DNA of 64,000 nucleotides from Bugula neritina (Eukaryota; Animalia; Bryozoa), in NCBI GenBank assembly GCA_964035545.1, contig OZ037768.1, forward strand, positions 19,761,700 through 19,825,699. The letters run 5' to 3'. Under the pieces are notes generated by a model that was not told the DNA's origin, ran no database searches, and saw only the letters and a list, made by a program, of their open reading frames with translations. Of the stretch, positions 1 to 22,276 are shown piece by piece. The number at the start of each line of letters is the position of its first letter. Within the stretch, counting starts at the first letter, position 1. Made by a program: the position numbers and the translations under genes.

Positions 1-2359
1 AGGATCAAGATAAAATGTTGGCAGCTCTCAATAAAAAAGTGGCGGATGTATATGGGGCCTGCATTGGTCAGAATGAGGCTAACATAGGGTATTGAATTTA
101 ATTTTATATTACATAATCATATATATGTTATACTATATATTCTATATACTATATATTCTATATACTGTATATTCTATATATGTTGTAAAATTTTAAAATG
201 TGTTATACTGTACATCATATTATATGTTATATTATATATAATATTGTGTTGTATTATATGTTGAGTTATATGTTATTAGTTCAAGATAAAATTATGGACA
301 GCGCTGCATCTATCTAACAATTACCAAACAGGCTATCTTTAGTATTTACTAGTTGCTATATGCTGCATGGCTCCTTGTATCTTGTACATATACCAAGTTG
401 TACATTAAGACTGTAATCACAATATAACAGTACAATGCGTACACAACTCATAATATTAGGTACTGCTGATTCGAAAGTTTATATTTATTAAATGTTCGGT
501 GATTTTACGCAAGTGCAGAAAATAGACTTTGTAAAATCTCTCTAGCTAATATTATACATAATATAATACAGTATAAATGATGTAGGATAAATATTACTCT
601 GAATTTATATTCAGCGTTCCATTATTTTCAGCACACTTCAGATGTTGACTAACATAGAAAATAGACTAGAAGAATTATTTGAGCAAATAGAAATGATGCC
701 CTCAGACAAGGTGGAAGCAGCAGAAAAGGTAACATTTATTTTCTTGTATTAATTAAGAATGGAGTTGTCTTCTCAAATATGTAATACATACTTTAGAAAA
801 CAACTCCTGATACATCTTTCTAGTCAGGCCAACCAATAGCTGCAACTGTGATACCTGAGGTTTGTTGCTGTAATGACCTGAGGTTAGGTACTGTAATGAC
901 CTGAGGTTAGGTACTGTAATGACCTGAGGTTAGTTATTGCGGTAGACTGTTTTAGCTGTTGAATATTTCTACATTTTACTGATTACATGAGTAAGTAAGT
1001 GTAAGTAGATATTTCTACACTTACAGGTAAGTGTTTGCTAAGAAGTATGAGTAATTGTCATCATTATTTTAGCAGAAGAGTTTAGTTTCTGACATGACAT
1101 CTAAGGACTGAATAACCATAATAATTTATTGTTAGACCTGAAGTAAAGTGGCCGTGTATATTTGATCTGCATTTTACCGATGAATTGGAATTGGTGTTAC
1201 AAAAAATTCAATATATCATGTTATCTCTTAGTTGGCAATATTCATTTGATTTATCAATAGTCAGGCGATGATTAGGCCTAGTGATAGGAATGTACATGAC
1301 AGGTCACAATACACACACCAGCTGTGTGCTGTCTAAAACTAGCACCTGCTGCAGATGGCTAGTCATTCTTACTTGCTGTCTTACTTTGGCATCATTTCAA
1401 TAACTCAATTCTCTGCTGCTCATATGTGCACTTAGAAAAGTAAATTTTCTCCTTTAAGCAAACTATGAGACAATTTGTGATGATTTAATCTCATCTTGAT
1501 TTACTTAATACCACATTATGATTATTTTGTGTCATTGATAACAAATAACAGACACAAGAAAATATTTTTCATTCATCTCCCATCCCATCCTGAATATGTA
1601 ACACCTTAGAACTGTGTACTGACACTTTTCCAGCATCTGCTTGTAGGGCAGATATACTCATCTTATGTAACTGAGTGAACAACAAGCTTTTACAATGCTA
1701 AGCTTGCATATTTGGATTTCCGATTTTAAGAAGTAATTTTGAATTGTTTTAGGCTAAAGAGAAGGAGAGACGACTGAAGGCTAGAGAAGAGAAGATGGAG
1801 CAACAAAGGCTACATCAAGAGGAAAGGGTGAGACGGGCCTTAGAGAGAGCCAAGGCTGAGCCTAAAAAGAAGGTAAACAACACCTAACTTAGAGAGCATT
1901 GATTTTATTTGAATGTGAAAAAGCTCTATATAGTCAGTATGCTGGTGGGTAAGCTTACAGCGTAGTTTTTATTGGTGGGTGGCTTAGTAATGTAGCAGCT
2001 GTTGGGAGTTATCTCCACGCATAGATTCAAAGTCTATATGGGTTCACTGTGAAAGTCTAATGTTACAAACAGTAAAGGATTAGTCTGTAGGTAGTCTGAT
2101 TATACGTCTTTTCAACTTTTGCATAATCAGTAACCTTAAACTATAATTTAATTGAAATCCATAGTTATTTTTAGCTTAATTTATTGAGCATACAGCACTA
2201 TAGGCCTAACAGTAAGTCACATACACTTTGTTGCATTTTTCACAGACCGGCAAGAAATTGGTGTTCAGATCCGAACCTCCAGCCATTAGAAAGAAGGATG
2301 ATAGTGGCGCGGATAAGGCTAGTCGGGAGGAAGAAGAGTTGGCGTACTTTTTCACCTGA
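1..2359 (+). CDS. CFAP100: Cilia- and flagella-associated protein 100 (CCDC37), last four coding exons (5' part outside window)
   Basis: GT-AG exons <1..88, 632..728, 1753..1872, 2246..2359 join in frame: ..DQDKMLAALNKKVADVYGACIGQNEANIG|TLQMLTNIENRLEELFEQIEMMPSDKVEAAEK|AKEKERRLKAREEKMEQQRLHQEERVRRALERAKAEPKKK|TGKKLVFRSEPPAIRKKDDSGADKASREEEELAYFFT*. Coiled-coil plus the EEEELxxFFT C-terminus resembles CFAP100. AATAAA at 2542. Confidence 0.85.
856..936. repeat. 23-bp minisatellite (gacctgaggttaggtactgtaat) x ~4
   Basis: Direct tandem copies in a CFAP100 intron. Confidence 0.85.
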
Positions 2360-2703
2360 GCTGACAGCCACCATTAGCAGTTAGGGCAGACAACTCTCTA
2401 GTTCCTGCTTAGGTTGTGTTGAGTAGCCTTTTAATACATAATGTCCTTCTAAAATATACAAAGATTTTTTAAAGATATTTATATATTATATTATATTATA
2501 TATAATATTTATTTCTGCATTGTGCAAATCTAAATATTTGTAATAAATTGATAATGTTATTATAAAATATTTATTCTATTTTGATTATTTAAATAGAGCC
2601 ATGGTAAAATTTCTTTTTGGATTCAAGGGGATATTTTAATGTCTAACTCACTATACATACAATAGGAATAGATTAGGTTCAAATGACATTCCAGTACTTA
2701 GTT

Positions 2704-3008
2704 AACCCCCTACTCACACTTACCGTACTGTACGCTGCAACAGCAAATATCAGCCATTTTTACAAATATCTGAGCTTCCTGTAGGGTGTTGCGGTACGGT
2801 AGGATCAAGCACTGTTTGATGCAAATAAGTTGCGGCGGACTCCTATTGGACAGAAAAACTTTTGCGCTAACTCATTGGATATATTTGTCCAATGAAGTGT
2901 CATAGATCGTACCTAATAGCAGACTTTGAAAACTTCAGCCCGGACACATTAAAACTGGCTGATATTTGCTGTTACGACTTACATTACGGTAAGTGTGAAT
3001 GAGGGGTA
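2704..3008. mobile_element. Non-autonomous TIR element/MITE (family C, Harbinger-like ends)
   Basis: Left accccctactcacacttaccgta pairs with right tacggtaagtgtgaatgaggggt; inner cagcaaatatcagcca also inverted. The body recurs in reverse orientation at ~52730-52967. Confidence 0.8.
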
Positions 3009-5094
3009 TGGAATAATTTATATGATTATATAATAATATAATATGATATATGGTCATTGTATATAAAGGAATAATCATATATAAAGCTGATGGGTATCCG
3101 AATAAGTTCCATTATTCTATTGGGTTTGCATCTACCTTTATTGTGGTCAACCACTAGTTTTCACGAAAGCATTGCATAATTATAACAAAGAAGCCGTTAG
3201 TTGCAAAGAATGACTACAATAGAATATTGTAGGGCCCCTTGACATATAAGCCGATCAAGGTCCAGAAACCTTATCTTCTGTAATTCTATTTAAATTTCAG
3301 GGTCTAGTTACAGTCCAAACATTTTATATTTCACAAAATTCAAAGTTCACATTTCAGTCTGCTGAGAACACTAGTGGGCTGCATGATCATTTAAATTGTC
3401 TTCTCTTATCAAATAAATTTTGTAGACATATTAACTTTTATGTTTTAGAATTTATTAAAATTAAAATGAAACTGCATCATTTTCAATTTACAAATCAAAC
3501 TCGAGGTTGACATTTTCTGCTTGATGGTTATACAAAATAATTATAGAATAACCAGCAACTATTTTTTTTCTATTATGGAATTTATGAGGTTTTTATTAAA
3601 AAAATTGATGAAATAATTGAAAAAATTTTTAAACATGGCTTTAAATTAAAACCATTAGATAAGTAGTTGGCAAAAAACCAAAAAAAAAATCGAATGCATG
3701 CAGTTATCTGCATGATACAATCATTATGTATGAATGCATGAATTAGTGTAGATAAGGTGCCTACCTTGATCAGCTGGTCTGAGCTACTAATATTGTACTG
3801 GCTTCAGTTAGTCAGCATTGCTCTGCAGGTATCCGGCATCATCAGGTAGGTAAGCTCAGTACCACATTACTATAGAGTCAGCAGCATGTTACATAATTTA
3901 AAAAGGCACAAAGACAACTAGTGCAGCCCTTAAGGAAAATATACACCAAACTTAACTTCATTGCCGTCATTTAGTGATCAAGCTGATTTATTGTACACAT
4001 CTTGTAATTGCAAATAAAGGCAAAAGTGATTTATTTTAGGCATGCTGCACATTTTTAGGGACAACAATACCTTACATAACTAATTTAATGGCAAATTAAT
4101 ACAACACAATTTTCTGATAAGATATTATCGTTTTATTTTGTCATTTAAAGATCCATATTAGATGTTAATCTACTAGTTATTCATAGCTGCCCTGACAGCT
4201 CATAGCACTGTGATAGTCTTACAATGTAATGAAATATTGTGTAGTTTATTATTTTCTCAGGTATTGTTTAACCAAGTCTCTAGTCTCGAATTATGTGTGT
4301 TAATGTTTATGACTCCATGATGTTCTCACCTAAACCTGCTATAATAGTTTTTTATATACTTTCTATAATATTAAAGGGTATAATTTGACATCATCAGAGT
4401 ATATAAATAATGAATGAACCTACATTCTAGATATATATAATAGGTACATATAATTATTTACATTGTAAGAAGCTCTCATAAGTAAATGATTACTAATAGA
4501 AGTTTTATAGATTACTTTTTTAAATTTTAGCTGCTAATAAAGCAAGACTAGCACAATTAAGTTGATGAAGTTCTTTTTCAAAATATACATACAATAACTA
4601 TTAGATATGATAAACTGTAGCATTTAAACTATTTAGGCTTTAAAATGCAACAGTTTAGGTATTTTATCTGTGTTGTTGCATGGTGACAACAGTTTATATA
4701 CATGCATATGAATATAGTTGCAAGCATGAGTTATATTCTTTAATGCTATAACTATTTCATAGATGACTAAACACTGCAAATTAACAATATGTAAACAATG
4801 TATAAATTAAAGTATTATTTCACTCAATGTATTGACATAGCTTTACATATGATTAATTAGTTTATTATAGTCATGAGTACCTACTTTATAAACAAATTTT
4901 AATTTTGGTAAAAGGGCTTTAAAACTTTGGCAAACAATGCTTGAGAATTTTACAGCTGCTTGATTATTGCAAGCCATATGCATCAAACGTTATTTGATTA
5001 GCATTAATTATTATAATAATATTACACTGTATAATTCGTCAACTGCACAACTAATAATCTGAGTTTATGGGTTATCATCTCTTGCAACAATGCT

Positions 5095-5400
5095 AGTTAA
5101 CCAATCATGTGGTAAGGTTATTTCTTTGAAATGTGATTCGTCAAAAGCAGTGAATTCCCAACATGCGTCCTTGAGAGTACAAAGTTCACAGCGTTTTACT
5201 GGTCGTCCTGGCAAACTGATTTATTCGCAGGAATAAATGTAAAAATCAAAGTAGCAAGCGGCGAGTTCTACGATTCATTGCCCATTGGTTTCAAGGACAC
5301 ACGTAATTCAATCTAATTATAGATGATATATTTAGAAGCAGAACTGTTGACGTTGTCGTTAAACACAAAGCTCATAAGACTAACTCACTAACAGTAACTC
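5095..5400 (+). promoter_or_regulatory. Putative HDHD5 promoter and non-coding first exon
   Basis: Local CpG enrichment against a CpG-poor background, CCAAT/ATTGG boxes (5101, ~5284), candidate donor aca|gtaact at 5394. Confidence 0.4.
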
Positions 5401-6226
5401 TAAGTCCGACTCGTACTCATCACTCATGGTTATATTCATATTGATATTATGATTATGATATACTGCTATTGATTTTTATATAGTATAAAATTACTAATTG
5501 ACTTTTCAATCTTCATTGTTCTTTTTTATACTAGTTTGACTACCTTCGTTAACTCATAGTCATTCATTTGCTCACTCTAAGTCTTTGGAAAACTAAGTGT
5601 AGGTTACACTTAGACAGTAATTCGGCGGTATCTCAGTAGCCCAGTGTGATTGGCTATTGACCCTGAAGTTAACATTCGTTTTAGACATTCTCTAATTTAC
5701 TACTACTGTGCTAGTATTTCCTTCACATCATCACATGGGTTTAGATTGACACAGACGTTCGAAAGCGACAAGGTCAAAAGTTTGCAATAAACACTACCTG
5801 TTTCTGTTGATATCACGTTTACTGAACAGAAAAAGTTGAAGTTTTCTGGAAGTTTCTCGGATTATACTCACTTATTTCAAGATATCTTACTAAAATAGGG
5901 TAAAACATTAGCGTTCAGCGGTTGGATAGACAGTGAGTTATTCTTTAAACGTATGTAAACTTGAAATTCACAGATTTGGTGATGAGCAGTGACTCTGAGT
6001 CCCATTGACACTACCAGTAACTGTAGACGATCTACTTCTAGCCTTTAAAGAATTTATAAACGAAAACTCTCAAGTTAGAACACCGTGGAGAGCTAGTAAT
6101 ACTAATGATTGCTAGTGAGTAGTGATTGATATGGTGAGATGCACAAGGAAAGTTTCATGCTTTTCCACACTCACCATAGAAGAAAACATTTGATGTACAG
6201 CAAAATATCTTTGGTGAATATCAACA

Positions 6227-16363
<10,137 letters not shown>

Positions 16364-17394
16364 GTTTTATCAGAAAAGTTCTATGCAATTCTAAATTTTA
16401 TATTTTTTTACTATACTTCATTTAGTTGGCTACTGATATTTATTATTATTTTATCCACACGCAACTTTAACAGCATTATTCTTTAGTAATGTTATTTTAT
16501 TGACTTTTATTTGCTAATCTATACTTGCTATGACAAAAAGCTTTCATTAATTTGCATATGAAATTTTGTGTTTAAAAAATTGATTATTTGGAACAGAATA
16601 AATATATTTTCCTGTGCACTAGAATTTTATGAATACATCAATTAGTTGTTGTAGCTGAGGTTAAAATGTTACAGTATAGACAGTTTATAGATGCTTTATA
16701 AAGAAGTAGTAGAAATATGTTATAGTAGTGTGTAGCAAAACTAAAAATGCATGTTTTTGAAATCATTTCGGTTACTTTCCAATTGTCAATATATTTGCGA
16801 AGTTCTTAGTTCTTTGATGTCTTGTCATAGATTGTTTAACTAAAATTCGTGGCAATTAGTTTCAGTTCTTCACTAATTGAAAATTGTCTCCTCTAAAAAA
16901 TTCCACTTGCTTTTGAGCCTCTTTTACAATTGATATCTTTGTTTAAGTAACAAGTAGCAGAGGGGTTCCAACTTGAAAGTAATCTTGACAAGAAATTTTA
17001 AATTATCTGCATGACTTCAAAAAATAGAGCATCAACTTATTACATGGTTGGGATTTTAAACTGCGAAGTGTTCAATAAGAAAACATATAGGGCTTAAATG
17101 ATACAAAATTTTCACTTTCTTTCGATTATAACCATTATAATAACACATGTACTCGTTAATTCGACGTTAATAATGGACTTGACTGAATGTGCCAAATGCC
17201 ATAACTCTAATATCAACACATTTCATTTTACATGGATACCGTAAATGTGGTTTTGTGAGTTAGATGCAGAATTGTCTCCTGTCAACAATCGCTGACTAGT
17301 TATTTAGTCATTCAAGATAACGGCTATTGGCCAACTTTTACGATAGTGAAATAATACACAAAACACACTAGCGAGAACAATATAAGATATATTA

Positions 17395-17470
17395 TTATTG
17401 AGGGCGTTTGATTTCCGGCCATTCCATTGAAGCTTTACAAAGTCGAAGTAACTGCTTACTATAACGTAAA
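17395..17470 (+). promoter_or_regulatory. Putative LASP promoter and non-coding exon 1
   Basis: Overlapping ETS/YY1-like TTTCCGGCCATT at ~17412; donor aac|gtaaac at 17466; acceptor tattttatag at 19320 just before the ATG exon. Confidence 0.5.
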
Positions 17471-19334
17471 CTAAAAGCTTACTACATTTTTACTAGTGGT
17501 ACTACTGCTGTGGCTATTACGTGATGATAATCATAATTCTAATCAAATTCAATACCAAAGTCATTTATTATATTTAGAGTAAGAATTAATAGCTGTAATT
17601 ACTTATACGTGTTAAGTTTATAAATATGAAATAATAATTATTATTATAATAAATAAATCAATATAATTATAATAATCATTATCATTATAATTATTAATTT
17701 ATAATATCAACGCATAAGCATAATATTATTAATATTATGCTTATGAGTTATGGTCTATGGCTATGCTTTATCAATGTATGTTTCTATTCTCATTCTGATA
17801 GAAAATCAGAATTCTAATAGTAATAGTTATAGTAATACTAATAGTAATAATTTATTTAATCATTTAATTTAATGATTAATCAATGTTCAACTGTAAAACT
17901 AAATATTAAATGCAATCATTTCGAGTTTAATAAGACTAGTTGCATTAGTATTTTTCATTGTAATTAGTAACTTTAGTTTAAGGAGTAATAGCTAAAAATA
18001 AATCTACTGATAATATTAATTGTGATTGTCATAGTGCACTGCCACTAGTCTTAAACTTATAGCTAGAATGACACTCTGACTAGCTAGTAGCTGTAAGACT
18101 GAGAGTGAGTGGGAGTGTAATGTTCAGATTGGATTTAACATTTAGGTTTAAAAGACTAATCGGTCATCTTTTCATTTCCATCAGTCAGTGATAACCGACA
18201 GTCATAGTGATAGTGGCTATGTGCATTAGTTTTACTATTAGTTAAATAGTTAGCAGTGCTATTTTTTTTAGAAAAAAAACATGGAAATGATCAAATATTT
18301 TCCTATGCCTCCCAGTTTAATGATAACTTCTTATATTATTATCCATGCTGTCAGCTGTATTTGTGATACTCATAGCCATACTAATACTGCCATTTGAATC
18401 TAGAACTGATCAAAAGCCCATTTTTTCTATCCATTTACTCATTTCAATTTGGAACCTTGATATTATTGTTTTTACAATTAAAACATTTGTTAAATTTACT
18501 ATATAATTATGAATAACAAACACCCTAGGCTTGAAAGCCTGTTTTAATTTCACCTAACTAATTTTCCAACTGTGTATAGATAGATTCAATAAATAATGTT
18601 ATTTTTATTTTTGTTCATTATATCCATACATATCTTCAGTATTTACAGTTATGGGTTTTGTAATACTGTAATATGCTACAGTCATAAAAAGGGACATTAT
18701 AATCAGTTTAAACTGTAGGGGTTCTCAATATGAGTCATAACTGTTTCAGATGGGTCATAGAGATGCAAGTTCAAGTTTAATATTTATATTACAATTTTTT
18801 TATTTAATATCAGATATGACGTTGAACTTTTAAGCTCATTCTTCAACTGATAATATACATATATAAACTGGTAGGATCTGCTATTTTCATGTTCTCATTA
18901 AGCACTATTTGTGGCCAGCTAAAGGTGTTTTTATTGAAGTATTTTCATTCTTTTTAAAGAGACTTTACTCATTTAACTTTAAAATGATCTAATGGGAACT
19001 TTTGTTTATCTGTAATGTGATCAATCTATTGGATCAGAAGTTATTTTTTAAAACCAGTTTGTTCTGGTTTCATCATGAAGAAAGCAAATTTTAATCTGTA
19101 AGAAACATTAGTAACCTATAGTAACCTATAGTCTGAGTTCTACATTGACTCTCTAACATGGATTGTCTGTTAACATTATATTGGTCTAGACTCTAGTGAT
19201 TGCTACTCTAAAACTTTGTACAACATATCACATACACAACTCTACCAATGTACTATCAATAAGGAAAAATAGTTTTCTCCTGCATTTGAATAGGTTTTTT
19301 ATGTTGGTTTTATTTTATAGTTAATTCTGCAAAG

Positions 19335-22243
19335 ATGCCTCCCAAAAACTGTGGATCTTGCCAGAAGATGGTCTATCCAATGGATGAGCTCAAATGTTTA
19401 GACAAGGTGTGTGTCAATTTACTCTGAGTTGTACTGGTGACTCACGGTTAGTGACTCACTGCTAGTGATTTGCTGTTATGACTCACTCTCAGTACACTGT
19501 TGGCATAATGTTAGTGGCTAACCGTTAGTAGCATACTGTTGATCACTCGCTGTTGGTGACTCACTAGTATTGCACTGTTATGGCTTGTGTCAATTAGCTG
19601 CCATGAGCAAGTTTAAGTAATGGGAAGCTTACTGTGAAGAAATTAGGAGCTTGTGCGACGGTTATCTTTAGTTTTAATAATAGAAAGAGGGCCATGTTTG
19701 CTTGCATATTCCAGCTATTTTAGAAGTATGTAAGGAAGTTTTCTGCCAGTTACTTTTCCTTCACTACATTTTCAAGCACCACACTCTTAGTGTCAACAAA
19801 ACATGTTTTTCTAACCTGGCTATACTACTAGTAGGTCTAGATTCTAGAATGTGGTTTTAGTGTGCAAATCACTATAAGCTTCCTTTTTGTTAATCTTCAT
19901 TCATTAAAAACTGGCCACAACTCACTTAAGCTAATTATTCGGTAGGTGAGTGCTAGGGCACTGTAGGGATAGGACTGCTAATACACACAGCCTACTATTC
20001 CTATCAAGACTTTGTTATTCCATCTTATAATCTTTTTACTGGCAAAAGTTGTAACGCTCTACTATGAAGGGGGGGGGGGGGGCTGGGAAAAAACCATCTT
20101 CATTTTTGGCTATAGAACTAGTATTTTCACTAGTTCCTATTAATATTTTTTTGCAGAGTTGGGGGATTAAGTAGTCCCCCTCCCCCACCCAGCTAATTTA
20201 TGGAGTTTGTTGTATAATAAATTTGTACTGTGAGCAGTGAAAGTATTTTAACCCAACTGTGGGCAGAATTAAACTGAATTGTAAATTAGTTATTGCGTTG
20301 GGTGTTAACCTTCTGCTATATTTCAAAGTTGAAGTTTTTCTCCAAATTTAGAGTTAGTTACCATTATTTGGACTAACCTTGTTTCATTAATCTGTCAACT
20401 CTTTTACAATTTTATTGGATTTACATTAAACAGTAACATTGCAATTGGTGCCTTGAAATAATGTGTCTATATAAATATTCTATTGGTAGACAGTGCTTTC
20501 CATTTCTTGCTGTAATATTGTAATAAAACTCACATTTGTGTAACTTCCTCCATCCTTGTGAGAACCCCTGGTGGTGGGAGTTTTGTAAAAGTAGGCAAAG
20601 GGGTCTATGCTGGCGACATGGTTTGAGAACTCTAGCCCAGGAACAATTTGGACCAGATGCTCTTCCTTCCATCACTACCAGCCCCACGGGATTCAAACCC
20701 ATGACATAGCACATGAGTGTCTACTAGGCCAGCGCTCTAACCGCTAGACCATGCTGGTATTGTAATAATGTTATTTTGTATTGTTTATTAACAATGCACA
20801 AATCTTACATGGAGATTTTTCACTGCGTTTTGCCATTAAATAAACTAGCTATAGTAATCCATTTTCAGACATGGCACAAGGCGTGTTTCAGATGCCAGGT
20901 TTGCAGTATGACATTAAATATGAAGAATTATAAAGGATACAACAAGCTACCCTATTGCAATGCGTAAGTATGAAACCCTACTCTCAGATACTAGATCTCT
21001 TCAGCTGGTGTAGACTCCTTTTCAATATTTGAACAGCGATCTCTTAGATGAGATTATTTTTAGTTGACTTTCAATATACTCTCCCTTGCGACTAGCTGTA
21101 GTTAGACTGAACTTTTACTTGCAACTAGCAACTATGATTTGCAACTAGATGTAGTGAGACTCAACTATTATAACTAGATGTAGTGAGACTGTACTAACAG
21201 AGCGTAGGTTTAACTGGAACAGAGCTTGGTCTCAGTCTCACATGTCTCTCTGTTTCCAGACATTACCCAACCACAAAGTTCACAGCCGTAGCTGACACTC
21301 CTGAAAATATGAGAATAAAGAAGAATTCACAGATTCAGAGCAACGTAAGACTATCACTACTGCTACTACTACTGCTACTACTACTACTACTACTATTACT
21401 GCTACTACTAGTGTCTACTACTACTATTACTGCTACTACTACTACTAACACGGCTACTGCTACTAGTACTACTACTACTGCTACTATTACTACTACTACT
21501 ATTACTTCTACTGCTACTACTACTACTACTACTGCTACTGTGGCTGCTGCTGCCGCCACTACTACTACTACCGCCACTACTACTACTACTACTACTGCTA
21601 CTACTACTGCTACTAATACTATTAGTGCCTACCAGTACTACCACTACCATTTCTTCTAATATTTTTATCATTTTGTCTTACATTATCAATTTTATCAATG
21701 ACACCTGCGTTGTTTATTTTGCAGGTTAAATATCATGAAGAGTTTGAAGCTGCTAAAGGTAGGGCGTAGTACTAATACCTGCAGAGTATTTGTATTGCAT
21801 GTACACACCTGGGCAGTGTGTATTTATCATGTGTTATCACTTGTCTTACCTGCCACAGTGTTTCTGTCTGTATGTCACACATGGCCATTCCACTCCAATA
21901 CCAACTACATGTTTACACTTGACCTATTTTCTGCTGGGACAACATTAGCTAATATTTCATGTTAGACAAGTTGAGGGAATTCATGACTGTCAACCACATG
22001 ACTGAATGAATTCAAACCAGGGTATCCTGTGCTATGTGTTACATTAAACACGTTTACCAATATATTTACCAATATATTTACCAATATAGCAGTGATAGCG
22101 GTAACGGTGGTAGTGGTAGTAACAGTAGTTTAGTAGTAGTAGTAATAACAGTAGTAGTAGTGGTAGTAGTAGTAGTGGTGGCGGTGGCAGTGGTAGTACT
22201 AGTACTAGTAGCAGTATTAGTAGCAGCAGTAGTAGTAGCAGTG

Positions 22244-22276
<33 letters not shown>

